DNA of 64,000 bases, from contig OX597817.1 of the NCBI GenBank assembly GCA_951406725.2, forward strand, positions 39,990,001 through 40,054,000, written 5' to 3'. The first letter of the stretch is position 1. Every line of letters starts with the position of its first letter. This document shows, piece after piece, positions 1 through 61,000 of this stretch. The DNA comes from Octopus vulgaris (lineage: Eukaryota). The translations under genes and the position numbers were made by a program. The notes under the pieces are model-generated. The model did not search any database. It was not told the origin of the DNA and saw only the letters and a list, made by a program, of their open reading frames with translations.

Positions 1-501
1 CATGGCCACGATGTAATGACTGAAACAAATAAAAGATAAACGAGAAAGATATATATCCACATACACGTACACAGGGTATCTGCTGTAAATTAGAGTTGCA
101 ATTTGAAAAATTCAGAAAAAAACTGAAAAGTAAAGAGAACTTAGCAGAGTCTATTGGCAAACTCATAAAGTTTTAATAGAAACATCAGAACACTTCCACA
201 TGGGTTCTGTTGATTTCCATGCAGCACCTGTGGATGATACAATACAATAAATTGTGGAAGATGTTATATTAGAAGACACTTACCCAATGTGCCACATACT
301 GTGACTGAACCTGTATCCATTTGGTTGTGAAGCAAATTTCTTACCACAAAGCCATGCCTGCACCTATAAACATATTTATATATGTATGCATGTATGTATG
401 CATATATGTAGTTCAAATTTACAGAAAACAAAAAGCAAAGACAGGTGATGGAACAATGAGCAGGTGTATTATAGTTTGACGCTCAGGAGGAATGGAAAAG
501 T

Positions 502-537
502 CTTTGATGTTTTGAGCCTATGCTCTTCAGCAGAAAG
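502..537 (-). ncRNA. Decayed minimal type I hammerhead-like motif in a repeat spanning about 410-600
   Basis: Minus strand CTTT CTGCTGA A GAGC ATAG GCTC aAAAC aTC AAAG; stems I and II pair; lower-case changes fit CpG decay; A6C core variant. Confidence 0.5.
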
Positions 538-1315
538 GATTAAGAGGGAAAAAAATGGAGTGAATGAAAAAAAAGCGGAGAAAAAAACATGTAGGGTTTA
601 ATGCTTCTACATGATGAAAATGAATATATGTATATTTGTGTAAGAATTAATGTGTATGAAGTAATGGTTCAACTTGATGAAAATGTATGAGTGTGTTCAA
701 CAAATGATGAAAATGTGTGTGTGTGTCTGTGTGTCTGTGCTCTATGAAAGTCAATTACCAAAGCTGTTGTCACTTCTGTCAACTAATTATCCTCTGGCTT
801 TTTGCCTTTAGAGACATGTGCAATTCTTACCTAAAAAAAATTAAAAAACAGTTAAAGATTAGTGATAGGAAGGGCATCCAACTGTAAAACAATGCTTCTG
901 TAATATATTCATCCAACTCATGCTGGCATGGGAAAATGGTTGTAAAACCATACAAATGATTCGTGCGTGTTTAAATAACATTAATAATGAGGAGCACAAG
1001 TTCATTTTACTGATATGTTATGTTGTGACAAAAATTGATCCATAAATTGTAACTACATCAATACATTTAAATTTGTTTCAATCGTTTCAAATTAATAACA
1101 ATAATAGTAGCAACAGCAACAACAATAATAAATGACAGTAATAGTAACAACAACAACAATGAAACTGTGATCAACATACCATCAGTCATTATCTGTTCAA
1201 AGTACTGGTAACATTCCAAGAAAATCTAATAAGGCATAGCAAAGGTCACTTTGTCTCACATCTTCACTACCCATAAAATCTGCCTATCCTCTCTCTCTCT
1301 CCCTCCCTCCCCCCC

Positions 1316-1356
<41 letters not shown>

Positions 1357-3469
1357 CTTTGTCACCTTTTAAAAGGTATCTCAATAACACTGAATTCTAA
1401 GTCTTCCTTTTTCTATCTCAATTCATTCTCTCTCTCTCTCTCTCTGCTCCACTTTCTTTTTTCCTTTCTCTTTTCTCTCTTTCTTCCATATCAGTTTATA
1501 AAAGACCTCTCAATAACACACCATTCTGAATGTCATTGTTGTTCAGAGTGTTTGTAACATATCTCAACTCCCTGTTTTTACACTGATGGAATAATAAATC
1601 ACAACAAATTCTTCATTGATATAAACCAAGCATGAGCAACCATTTCCAAGAAGGGGGCCACATGAGGCATGGCTCATCATCAGGCAGTCCACACTACATA
1701 AAACATAATTTGTTTGACATGCCATTCAGAAAGGCCCCCAGGGCTGGTGTAAATTAATGGTTATCAGCAAAATGATGCCTCAACAATATATTCATCTAAC
1801 CCATACCTGCATGGAGATATGGACATAAAAAGAAACAAATAATCCATGTGCATATGTGTGTGTGTGTGTGTGTGTGATCAATTAGCTTCAGTCATTGATG
1901 TGATGTTGTGGTTTGAAATGATGGTTGTATTGGATCATCAGTGAGATGGTGGTGGTGGTGGTGGCCACTGCCGTCGCCATCACTACCACCACCGGTTGTG
2001 TCTGAATTAAACAACCCCAGTCATTGTGTTGTTTTGCTCCAAGTCAACCTTGATCGAGCATGCATTTAGCCAAAGGCTTTCCAGTCATGACCAACCATCC
2101 ATCCAATTTTTTTTTATATGCATGGAATCCAAAACTATTTGATCCAATATATTCTTCGTTAAGATGCTGGGGTGTTGACATGAAGGAAATTTGATTGCTT
2201 CTTCTAGCAGGTTGAATGACCACTTGGAGGCTTCCTTATGGTGGTGGTGATTTTGTTAATATTTCCCCTTGGCTGATTTTGTTTTCATGAAAGACTAGAA
2301 ATGAACGACCCCCACTTGTATTAAGGTGTATTAAGGTGACCCTTGTTTACAACCATCACACAGTGTCAAGACAAGAAAGAACCCAAAGAACACACACAAA
2401 TACATACATGCATATGATGGGCTTCTTTCAGTTTCCATCTACTAAATTCACTCACAAGGGCCAGAAGACACTTGGTCATGGTGCCACACTGTGAAACTGA
2501 GCTCAAAGCTATTTAGCTGGGAAGTGAACTTCTTAACCATGCAGTTATTCCTGCAAGAAAAGGCATGAACATCTCATAATCTCATTTCTTTTTTAATCTG
2601 AGACATTGAGTGTCTATATAAATACACAAGATCTCAGATTTTGGAAAAAAAATAATAAATGTTAAAGTTCCTGGGCTAGCAACCTTAGATCATGCTGTAC
2701 CATCTTAGAAAATGTAGGACATATTTGTATGATGCTTGGAAAGGAAAATATAAAGATGAGATATTCACAGCTTAGCAGACTTTGATCTTAGATCTGTTAA
2801 ATCTGAGTTGGCCTGGGGTTAAACAACAACATCACTGTTAAATTTTTGAATATCTTTTACTTTTTTAAATCATCAGATTGTGCCCATGCTGGGGCATTAC
2901 CTTGAAGGGTTTAGTTGAACAGATTGACTCTGGTACTTATTCTATCAGTCCCTTTAGCTGAACCTCTAAGTTACAGTGAAATAAGCAATCCAACACTGGT
3001 TGTGGAGGCAACAAACATAAAGACACACACACACGTGTGTGTATGTCCATCATCATCATCTTCATCATCATCACCATCATCATCCTTTAATATCCATTTT
3101 CCATGCTGGCATGGGTTAGATAGTTTGACCAGAGCTAGCAAGCCAGAGAACTGTACCAGGTTCCAGTCTAATTTGGTTTGCTTTCTATGACTGGATGCTC
3201 TTCCTAGCGCCAACCATTTCACCCAATGTGCTTCATACCTTTTACATGCCAAGGCTTCCTTACAGTTTCCATCTGTTGAATGAATTCACTTGCACAGTCA
3301 GAAGGAATTGGTTGGACAGGGGTTATAGTAGAAGATACTAGCCCAAGGTGCTGTCACGTGGAACTGAACCCCAAATCTTGTGATTGCAAAGCAAGCTTCT
3401 TAACTACACAGCCATACCTGCAGCTATATGTACACCTTTCACCTTTCAGTATTTGTGTCGCTTATGTAT

Positions 3470-3780
3470 ATCTACCACCATTATGATAACCAATACTATC
3501 AATACAACCACCCTTACCACCACTACCACTACTAAAATCTTTACTATCACCACTGCCATCGCCATCACCACCACTGCAACAATCACCACCATGACTACCA
3601 CAACTATTACCTTAGCAGTCATCATCATCACCACCATCACTACCATCTTTACTTCAATCACCACTGCTGCTACCACCATTGCCTTCACCACTACCCCTAC
3701 CACTATCATAACCATTACTATCTCTTAGCACATCTACCACAACTACTACCTTCACAACCACCATCACCACCACCACCATA
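3470..3780. repeat. (ACC/ACT)n low-complexity tract
   Basis: Read directly; produces spurious Thr- and Val-rich ORFs. Confidence 0.9.
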
Positions 3781-4896
3781 ATATAAGCCAACATTAAATA
3801 AAGTTAAATGCCACCAATAGCTATTAAGTGGTTCTTAGAACTGATGTCTGGTTCTGTTAAGAGATAAGTCAACCTCCTGTAGTGTGGCTAACATTTTCTA
3901 GATGACTTGGAACTTATTCACTAAGTGTACTAAATGTTGCCGTTGTTTAGCTCAAAGTTATCAAGCAGACCCATGTTCAATTAAATGGTATCTGCATATA
4001 TACAAAAACGTACTTGTAGTATTTCTTATACTCAAAATATGTATGAGCTGCTGATCTGCTTCTATAACCATATGACAGTTTCATTTCTTATGTGAGACAA
4101 GTTTGTATGTTGTTTACTTTGCCCTTTAACATTTAAATAATTTGTATCAAGTCCAAATGTTCTTCTTTTATGTTCAAACTGACCAAATCTGGCCTCTCAC
4201 ACCTATTTTATCAAGTCCAAATGTTCTTCTTGTTTTATGTTCAAACTGACTTCTCACACCTATTTTACAATGTCGTTCTGAAAAATAAACAATCACAACA
4301 TTGAAATCTTTAAGCTACAAGATAATTAAAAAAATATGAATAAGTATTACATTAGATAGAGTAATCTGAATGCTAAAAGGGTTAAATGTCTCTCTATTGT
4401 ATGTAGGATGGAGCAGCTACCACACAGAAATACATTATAGGCAAGAGCTAATAAGGGAGCCTCTATATGGCTGCCCAACATGTTAGAAATAGCAGCCAAA
4501 TCTCCCTTTGTTAGATTGAAGTCCAAAAAGGTTGGAATGTTTTATTTTATAGGCTTCAACTTCACAAAGATATTGACATATGGGCCTAGTTGTCTCAAAC
4601 AATCCTTCTAGCATCCAGTCTATGTTTCCACATGGTCGATGATAAGAAGGACATCGATCTATTCAAAAAGTATGACAAGAAACATGACATAATCTATAAC
4701 AAAAACTGGCATTTTTTCTGTTGTGTGCACCACATGACGAAGGACCACAATAAATAATGAAATTCTAACATGGTAAAGCAGAAATAGAATGAGGAGGATG
4801 CTGGCAATGATGACATTGATGAAGAATAAAATACTCAAAGCCCTAGGTCCATCATCATCATCATCATTTAATATCTGCCATCCATGCTGGCTTGGG

Positions 4897-5691
4897 TTCA
4901 GTTATTTTGATGGGTCCTGAAGAGTAAGAGAACTACATTGTACTCCAGTGTCTAAAGCTGAATGCCAACCATTTTACAGAATGTACTGGGTGCTTTCTTT
5001 TTATAGCACCAAAACTAGTGATGACCACTTTGTACTATTGCAAGGCTAAGGGCCTAAATGGACCCTTCTTCCCCCTTACTTTTTTGCACTCACACACACA
5101 CACAATGTGCTTTTGTGGTGTGTGCGTGTGTATGTGCGTGTATATGCATATGTGTGTATAGGTGCATGTATGCGTTTGTGTATGTATATCTATCTATCTA
5201 TCAGCTATCTATATATGTATTGTCACACATATATACATATTTATATGCGTATGCATGTGTTGCGCATGTATAAATAAACATAAATGCACTCACGCAGACA
5301 TTGCTAGACATATATACATATATATCATTTCAGAAGAAGTGCTAGATGATAGATATATCTATTTGCTATTAAGTTGTGAATTCATGCATATTGTGCAGTT
5401 AAAATTAGACTGAAATATAATATTACTCTGTTTAGATTTAGCTGTTGTAGGCATATGATATATAGCATTCAGTTGTTTTGATGGGTCCTGAAGTTGTGGG
5501 TTCAATTGTTTTGCTGGATCCTGAAGAGTAGGAGGACTACATTGTACTCCAGTGTCTACTTTGATACATCAGCTAAGGCTGAATGCCAACCATTTTACAG
5601 AATGTACTGGGTGCTTTCTTTTTATAGCACCAGCACCAGTGATGATCACCTTGTACTATTGCAAGGCTAAGGGCCTAAATGGACCATTCTT
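4897..5691 (+). repeat. Local direct duplication of about 170 bp (4897-5070 and about 5500-5691) of a family D remnant
   Basis: GCTGAATGCCAACCATTTTACAGAATGTACTGGG..GCAAGGCTAAGGGCCTAAATGGACC occurs twice. Confidence 0.85.
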
Positions 5692-7137
5692 GTAACTGAG
5701 GGAGAACAGAAGAGAGAGTGTCCAATTATTCTGGGCAGAGAGATGAAGGAGGGTAAGAGGAGAGGATGGTGATGAAGAACAAAGGGATTAATGGCAATGT
5801 TGAAACAAATTCAGGGATACAGTTGAAAATGTGATAGGACAGATTGTGTAGGGAAGTTAAGGGGGTTTTATTAAACATTTAAGAATAAACATTAAAAAAT
5901 AAATCAGTTTTAGCTTTGCTCATCATTGTGAATTTATAAAGATGGAAGATGGTTGCAAGTGGTTACATGATAAAATTTCAGAAACCATTTTAGTTCCAGC
6001 TGGAGGATTTGTTTTAATCAAAGAGAAGGATCACGTATGCATGTCATTTAGCATGCCTGATCCCATGGCCATCAAAATTACAGCTGTTGCTTGGGATATA
6101 TGATGAAAGGGAGAGAGAATTAGTGAGAAACATTCTAAAGATAAAGGAACTTGGTTAAGATGATTAGATATAATCAACAGTAGTCGCAGTAGTGGTAACA
6201 GCAGCATAATTTCACTGCCATCAGCTTTATGTTTAGCTTCCCCATTTTGACGCATGTTGGGCTATAGAAAATTAGATCGGAAATTGAAACAATGAATAAA
6301 ATAAATTGAATTCCTGAATGTAATTTCGATGTTCACCCTTTGGGAATTAGTTTCCATTCTGTAATTTTTTTTTTAATTAGAAACAAAAAATAAGAAATAT
6401 ACAATAGAAATGAGTGTATAAATGGTGATGGAGGAAAATAATGTATGCATATCATTACTACAATCTCAAATCTGAAATTGTGGTTTTGGATTGAAGCTAG
6501 AATATTTAGTTTTGAATCTATTCTCTGTAACAAGTTATTTTATTGACCCACCTTAAAATAATCAGGTTTTTTACTTTTTTAGTATTCTTTATTAATGGAT
6601 TTTAAAATAAAAAAATTTAATTGCAAAGAAAGAAAAATAGGACTTATAAAATCAAATTCCAAATGCATGTAGCCATAAATTATGAGTTTATACTTGTTGT
6701 AAGTAGGTATTTTATGATATGCACTAAGGACACTTAATTCTTCATGTTTTAGTTCACTTAGCCAAAGGAAATAAGTACCATATATTTTTGGAATGTTATT
6801 TATGATGCACTAGTGCCCTATGAAGAGGGACATTTCTCTTTCATCTACTTAACATTATTTGGTGCTAAGCAACTGTTTCAGCCATTGCTAGGGCTTGTAA
6901 TGGCATAGCAAAACCATAATCAAAAGAAAACAGTTTGCCTGTTTCTGTATAAAGCCTGTATTCTTTCAAAGCATCAATTTTAATCAGTTGAAGATATGGA
7001 TACTACCAATCACTAATAATAAAAATAGATATAATGAAATTTAATGTTTTTAAAAGAAACTTCTCCCTGTCCCCACCCCCACTCCAATCATATTTGCTGA
7101 AAATTATTTATGCTATAGCTTCAGAAATTGAGTGCAT

Positions 7138-7192
<55 letters not shown>

Positions 7193-7599
7193 GCTGCTGC
7201 TGCTATTATAATTATGATTATTATTATTGTTGTTGTTGTTGTTTTTTGTTGTTTTTTGTTGTTTTTTTTGTGTAAAAGAAGGAAACAGTTTGATTTAAAA
7301 AAGAAAAATTAATTAAAACTAAATGAAAGAATCTCATTTCCAACTTGGAAAAATGCCTTAGACCATTGTTTATTTTGAGATTCTGTGAAAAATAGAAGTT
7401 ATAAAGAATTTATGAAGGATCACAAAGAAGAATTCAGGAAATGTGCTGGATCACATGAAAGAAATGAGTAATGTCAACAAGGATTGCTATGAAAATGTTG
7501 ATACTGCATCTCAAATAATGTAACACACAAAAGATTAAAATAGAAATTAGTCAAACAACACATCCATCACAAAAAGCTGGCCTAATTGACTGACACTCC

Positions 7600-7920
7600 A
7601 TCTATTTTCTCTGGGAAAGTTCTGGGGGTAGAGTCTTCTGGCACCTCCTCCATAGGATCTTATTGAAAGTAAACATTACACTTTCCTGCTGGATTCCCAA
7701 GCTTGAGACTATGAATATTATCCAATCGGCCCATTCTTGGTCTACCCCTAAGTTTCTTGCTGGTTGACTCAATTTGAAGAACCTTGTTTTGTGATCCTTT
7801 CTTGTGACATTCTGATCACATATCCATAATACTGGAACTGTAACCTTTCTATGTAAGAAGCTGTAGCTCAACCTGGAAAGACTTCTTGTTTGTGAGCTCC
7901 ATACCCTGTCAAGTAACATT
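7600..7920 (-). mobile_element. RTE-clade LINE 3' ORF remnant
   Basis: Frameshifted minus-strand translation IERLQFQYYGYVIRMSQERITKQ..VLQIESTSKKLRGRPR..LDNIHSL resembles the RTE C-terminal 'GHV.RM...RGRP' motif. Confidence 0.65.
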
Positions 7921-8389
7921 AGCCCAAAGATCTTTCAGTGGAACCCCATTTTTTTTTTTGTATATCATGATCTTATTGTAGACAGTGCTCAGGTGCACTA
8001 CAATATATATGTTTTTAAAAAATTGATAGAAAAATTAGATGTAATGGAGATATCTTTTCTTCATTTATTTATATACACACATAAAAAGTCTGAATTTTCC
8101 AACACTAGACAACAACATAAATAACAAAATAAAAAGGAGTTGAGCAATATTCTATCTCCTTTCCTTAGGAAAATCCAAACTTTCCAAATCTGTTTATAAA
8201 TAAAAGATACCTCCCTATTTCACAAAAACTTTTATTCATATATATATATATATATATATATACATGCATGTATAATATTAAACATTGTAACTTATATATG
8301 TATCTGTATATACACACATATATCATATTTATAAATAATTATTAAGCATTTAATGTGTGTATGTATGTATATATGTATGTATGTATGTA

Positions 8390-8436
<47 letters not shown>

Positions 8437-9270
8437 TTTGTAAAAACTTTTTTTTGTAGGCGTGTGGGAGTGTGGGTGGTGCTTTGGGAGGTTCAGTCAG
8501 CTTTTTGTCGTTGAGTCTTTGCAACATTAAGCTCTTTTTTATTTGTCTTCTTTCTCTGGTTGCTTATGGTAGCTTGTAATCTCAATTGGTCTTAACTCAA
8601 TGTTCAAATCGAATAAGGTAGTTACACCCTAATATACAAAAAAAGAATGGATCAATACAGCTGTAATATCATTAGTCTGTTCACTAGGGATTAACCTGGA
8701 TCTAAACAGTTATGAACAAAATTGTTTTTTGCTTTTTTTTTTGTATTCAAGACCCCTGTTTAGTATATTTAGTTTGTGTGTAGTAGGAAGTTTGAAGAGT
8801 AAGACTTAAATTGATTTTCTTGCAAGTTTAAAAGAGAGATGAAGTCAAAATTTGAGTGAACTATAATCAGATGGGGAAAAACCATGGTTAAGAGCACTTT
8901 TAATTTACTTTATTACTCCTGTAGCGTATGAAACTTTCCCAATATATCGCTAAGCTATACCAATAGAATATCTTCATTATCACAAGATTCTAATAAGCTG
9001 AGGCAATAAAACTTCATCTCAAACAGTCAGCCTGATAAAATGCTGTAGTAAAACTGATGCTAAAAATTGTTTGCCTGTATTATTTACTATGTTTATTAGT
9101 GCAGTGAATTGTTGATTTCTATAAAGTAATATGACTGGAGCCTATTTTAGTCTGTAAATTCTTAGTGATGGGAAATTTGTTTTGAGCCTGTAATGATTCA
9201 GTAAAAAAGTAAGAGAGTTTTCCTGCATTTGTCATCCCCTCTAATATTTCTGTACTGCAGAATATAGTAT

Positions 9271-9505
9271 AAGGTGGCGAGCTGGCAGAAGCATTAACAT
9301 GCCGGGCGAAATGCTTAGCGGTATTTTGTCTGCCGTAACATTCTGAGTTCAAATTCCACCGAGGTCGACTTTGACTTTCATCCTTTCGGGATCAATAAAT
9401 TAAGTACCAGTTACGCAATGGGGTCGATGTAATCGACTTCATCGCTTTGTCTGTCCTTGTTTGTTCCCTCTGTGTTTTGCCCCTTGTGGGCAATAAAGGA
9501 ATAAG
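9271..9505 (+). mobile_element. SINE family B (Meta/Sauria-like central domain)
   Basis: AAGGYGGCGAGCTGGCAGAA head, GAGTTCAAATTC B box, CTTTCATCCTTTCGGG..AAGTACCAG domain; TSD AGAATATAG (9259-9267 and 9504-9512). Confidence 0.85.
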
Positions 9506-9878
9506 AATATAGAAATAACACTTTTGAAAAGAAGACAAGACTGTTTCAGTAACTTAATGGTTTAAAAGTAATTTCTGCTCTTTATGAGACTTGTTTTTTT
9601 TTTTCAGGGTCAAAATCCTGGCTATATCACCTGTTTGTTTACTGGGATATTAGGGTGTGCACCAGCAGTTATGTAATGTCAATTCTGTTTTATATTGGTT
9701 TTAAATTTTAGCACAAGGACAATAATTTTGGGGCAGGGGTAAGTCGATTATATCAATCCCCACCCTGCTCAACTGGTAATTATTTTATCAACCCTGAAAG
9801 ATGAAAGGCTATTTGAATTCACAGCTTAAAGACAGACAAAATGCTGCTAAACGTTTTACTTGGCATACTGACAATTCT

Positions 9879-10110
9879 TATTTCTTTACTGCCCACAAGG
9901 GGCTAAACATAGAGGGGACAAACAAGGACAAACAAAGGGATTAAGTCGACTACATTGACCCCAGTGCATAACTGGTACTTATTTAAGCGACTCTGAAAGG
10001 ATGAAAGGCTAAGTCAACCTCGGCGGAATTTGAGCTCAGAATGTAGCAGCAGACGAAATACCACAAAGCATTTCACCTGGCATGCTAATGTTTCTGCCAC
10101 CTCGCCGCCT
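9879..10110 (-). mobile_element. SINE family B nested in an older family B copy (about 9700-10140)
   Basis: 13-bp TSD TACTGACAATTCT at 9866-9878 and 10111-10123. Confidence 0.88.
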
Positions 10111-10857
10111 TACTGACAATTCTACCAACTTGCTGCCTTAAATCTGTTTTATATTGATATGAGTATTTAATGCCATTTCAAAATTGTCAGTGCACCATGA
10201 ACTGCGGAAGAGAAGACACTGAACAAACAAATGGTGTACCACAGATAAGTACTTACAAAAATAAATCCATGGTCCAGCAGCCTTTATGTAATCTTTTCAC
10301 ATTCTAGAAGTAGCAGCCAAATTTCCCTCAAATCTCACCCTGCCATTTTGAAATAAGAAAAGACACATTAGATAATACAATATTAGACATGATACTGGAA
10401 TGATGGGATGGTCATGACTGGAAAGAATGTTTTTTTCATCAGTCAGCTTCTCAACCTCAATCAGTGTTGAGCTTGGGCCAAACAACAACTATTATAGATG
10501 TGAGTGCAGAAGCAAAATTTGCTTATGGGTCCAAACCCAGTTTTTCAGAAGAATGTTTAAATTGTTTTCATTGCTTCCAAAAAAAATTTTAGGAGCAACA
10601 CTTGCACACCTTGTTCCTGAACCTATGACTACAGAAATAATGAAGAAGGCTCAGCACTTACTTGCTTAAATCTTTCTCCTCCTGTGGAGCATCAGCCATC
10701 AACAACTTTTCACCACTGTTCTTGACTCTGGGATCTTTTCCTCTCCCAGGTCTTGTTGGTTTTGAAGTGTCTTTGATGCTTCTGTAACTTTGCTTGTTTT
10801 CTAGGTAGGGGTTTTGACCCTACGCAAACCCATTTTTGTCTCTGAGAAGAGATGATC

Positions 10858-11130
10858 CATTTTTTCATGCTAAGAGTTGCTGAAGCATGGAACAAACTGC
10901 CAGCTTTAGTTGTTAGTTGTCGGAGCACTGCATCCTTCAGAACTTCCATGCTTCCTGAGATTCACCAACACTACACCTGATTTTCTCCCTCCATACACAC
11001 GCAAGCATGTATCTGACTCATACACTGTTCACTTCCCAGACATATGTACATTACTGCATATTTTTTATATGCACTTTTGACAAGTTGTGGTGCACCTTAG
11101 CACTGTATACAATAATTTCATTATTATATT
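10858..11130 (+). mobile_element. CR1-clade LINE 3' end
   Basis: HFFMLRVAEAWNKLPALVVSCRSTASFRTSML* (CR1 'FF..RV...WN.LP' motif) plus 3' UTR; the same tail occurs antisense near 7972-8000 and 34112-34140. Confidence 0.75.
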
Positions 11131-12786
11131 ATATTAGTCTGGCCTCTATCCTTTGACTTGTCCAACACAAGGGATTCTGCTAGAATCTTGCACTTCACTA
11201 GCATAGTTCTCAGATTCAGTGCAGCACACACTCCACCACACTACAGTAAGAACTGAACCTTGTGGTGGAAGCCTTCATGATGCCTTCCTTGACTCATATC
11301 TTACAATCTTATCATTTGAAAAAAAAAAAAGGAAGGTCATATTAAATAAGATAGTTCTTAATCCCTGATATACAAAAAGAAAAGATCATCACAACTGAAA
11401 TAGCTTTAATCATAAATCTATTCAATCATGGACTGACCTGAATCTAAACACTAACAGCAAAAACAAAGAAAGATTGTTCTTTTTATTTTCCATTTTATTT
11501 CTGTTTTCCTGTTATTCAAGACTTCTTTGATATGTTTAGCTGTTGTGTGCTGTAAGAATTTTGAAGAGTAAGACTTAAATTGATTTTCTTGCAAGTTTAA
11601 AAGAGAGATAAAGTCAAAATTTGAGTGAGCTATAATCAGATGGGGGGAAAACCATGGTTAAGAACACTTTTAATTTACTTTATTACTCCTCTTAGTATAT
11701 GAAACTTTTCCCAATATCTCGCTAAACCATAGCAATAGAATATCTTCATTATCACAAGTTTCTAATAAGCTGCAGCAATAAAACTTCATTTCAAACAGTC
11801 AGCATGATAATATGGTTGACTAAAATGGATGCTAAAAATTGTTTGCCTGTATTATTTACTATATTTATTAGTGTAGTGAATTGTTGATTTCTATAAAGTA
11901 ATATGATTGGAACCTATTTTGGTCTGAAAATTCTTAGTGATAGGAAATTTGTATCCAATCGGTATTATTTCAGTGATAACATAAAAGCTTAGGTCTCTAA
12001 ATGGTATCAGCCATTAACTATAATTAAAGCTACATTTCATTCTTTTGTCTGCAATAATTGATGATAATTATACAGCATTTAAATTAAGCTTGACAAGTAT
12101 TATTGCTTTGTAACTCAAATAATGAAGTTGTTCAACCATTTAGTTTGGTTTCAAGGTAACATTGTCATAGAAACAGATCAATTTTATTGCTTATCCTTTT
12201 CTGTTTAGGTCTTAATAATTAACCATTCAAGAAACGGTGTGTGAGTGTCATAATGGAACTGAAAGTTTATAAGAAACAAAAGATGCAAACCAACTAGGTT
12301 GTTACTTCAAATCCTGATCATGTCATGTGCCATACAGACTGGGTGACATTAATATTTGTTGATTAATAGATATTGGATTCTGAAACACAAGAAGAGACTA
12401 GTTTCAGACCCTTTGTTGTTGTGCCCAACTTCAAAGACATTTTATATAATATTTTCAGAGATAAAATTTCATGAAGATATGCTGATGGAAATATTATCAA
12501 TTACTATAATTTTCTTATCAAGTTTGCTCCATTGATATTTGTTATTCTAAATTTCCACTTCTGGTTTTCAAATTTTTCACACAACATAAATAGATACAAT
12601 CATTAATAATTGAAGTGTACATAAATAATATTAACATTGAGCATACCACGTTTGATGGCATATAAAATGCAATTTTTTTTTTCAAGAAAAATTCTCCAGC
12701 TCCTCTATGCAAAATGGTGCTTAAATGTATTTTCCTGAATATGCAAACTTTTCAGCACCCCCTTGTATGTCACAGTCTCTTTGTTA

Positions 12787-13081
12787 GTGGAGGCACATGG
12801 CCTAGTGGTTAGAGCAGCGGACTCGCGGTCGAGGGATCGCGGGTTCAAATCTCAGAGCGAGCGATGTGTGTGTTTATGAGCGAAATACCTAAGTTCCACA
12901 TGGCTCCGGCAGAAGGTAATGGCGAACTTCTGCTGACTCTTTCCCCACAACTTTCTCTCACTCTTTCCTCTTGCAGCTCACCTGCGACGGCTCAGTGTCC
13001 CGTCCAGGTGGGGAACCTATACACCAAGGAAACTAGGAAACCGGACCTATGAGCCAGGTGTGGCTCAAGAAGGAACAAACA
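12787..13081 (+). mobile_element. tRNA-derived SINE family C, tail type 1
   Basis: TGGCCTAGTGGTTAGAGC..GGGTTCAAATCTC head; 12-bp TSD ACAGTCTCTTTG (12772-12783 and 13082-13093); sister copy at about 39785-40020. Confidence 0.88.
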
Positions 13082-13199
13082 ACAGTCTCTTTGCTGCTCT
13101 CTACCTTGTCTTACAATATTTGCTACAATGTTTCTGTTATATTTTTAAAGATATTTCTATGACATTATTTATATGTTGCTATTTTCTTTAACTTTGCAG

Positions 13200-60307
<47,108 letters not shown>

Positions 60308-60349
60308 GTAAGACAAGCAAACTGTTTTAGCAAATTTTTGAAATGTTCT

Positions 60350-60757
60350 CATGGCCCTGTGGTTAAGAAGTTACACTTTGCAACTAAATGTTTTCAGGTT
60401 CAGTCCCACTGCAGCACCTTGAACAATTGTCTTCTACTGTTGCACCAGGCCAGCCAATGCCTTGTGAGTGAATTTGACAGAGAGATACTGTATGGAAGCC
60501 TATTATGCATGTTTGTGTGTGTGTGTATGTGTGCGTCTGTGTGTGTGTTGATTTCTTTTTCTACTGTTTGACAACTGGTGTTGTTTTGTTTACATCCCCA
60601 TGACTCAGTGGTTCAGCAAAAGATACCAATAGAATAAATACCAAACCCTTAAGAATAAAAAAAAAAGTACTGGAATTGATTTGTTCAATTAAAACCCTTC
60701 AAAGCAGTACCCCAGCATGGTCACAGTCCAATGACTGAGACAAATAAATATTAAAAG
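60350..60757 (+). mobile_element. Older SINE family A copy (others at about 28850-29200, 47905-48262, and on the minus strand 38455-38875 and 37090-37370)
   Basis: Diverged but collinear with 58829-59220. Confidence 0.8.
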
Positions 60758-61000
60758 ATTATCAATTGTTATTGTTGTTGCTAAGCTCTAGGCCAACTCT
60801 GATTGAGTAGTCTGTGATCAAAACCTTTCCAGTTATGAACCCCATATGTGTCCCAGAATAGTGTGTCTAAAGCTACATTATTCAACATGTCCTTTATTTT
60901 AAGACAGTAAAGTGTAAATTGAGAGAGATCTGGTTGTTATTTCTAGCTAAGAAACCACTATGTTGCATCAAAGCAGATGATTGTATAATATATATCTCAG

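Larger units (their letters stand above)
8744..11952 (+). repeat. Direct duplication of about 440 bp (8744-9180 and 11513-11952)
   Basis: Long shared stretches such as TTTGAAGAGTAAGACTTAAATTGATTTTCTTGCAAGTTTAAAAGAGAGAT. Confidence 0.9.

Noticed and set aside
3384-3728. Thr-rich mucin-like and Val-rich ORFs
   Set aside because: Degenerate (ACC/ACT)n tract with no splice context.
12787-12860. tRNA gene
   Set aside because: tRNA-like head continues into a SINE body with a TSD and lacks a proper acceptor stem.
1-13199. Additional coding exons upstream of exon 1 (e.g. AG/GT segments near 4406, 7396, 12209)
   Set aside because: None gave a convincing spectrin-like open frame ending in phase 0; treated as one long intron, though a small or non-coding exon could be missed.
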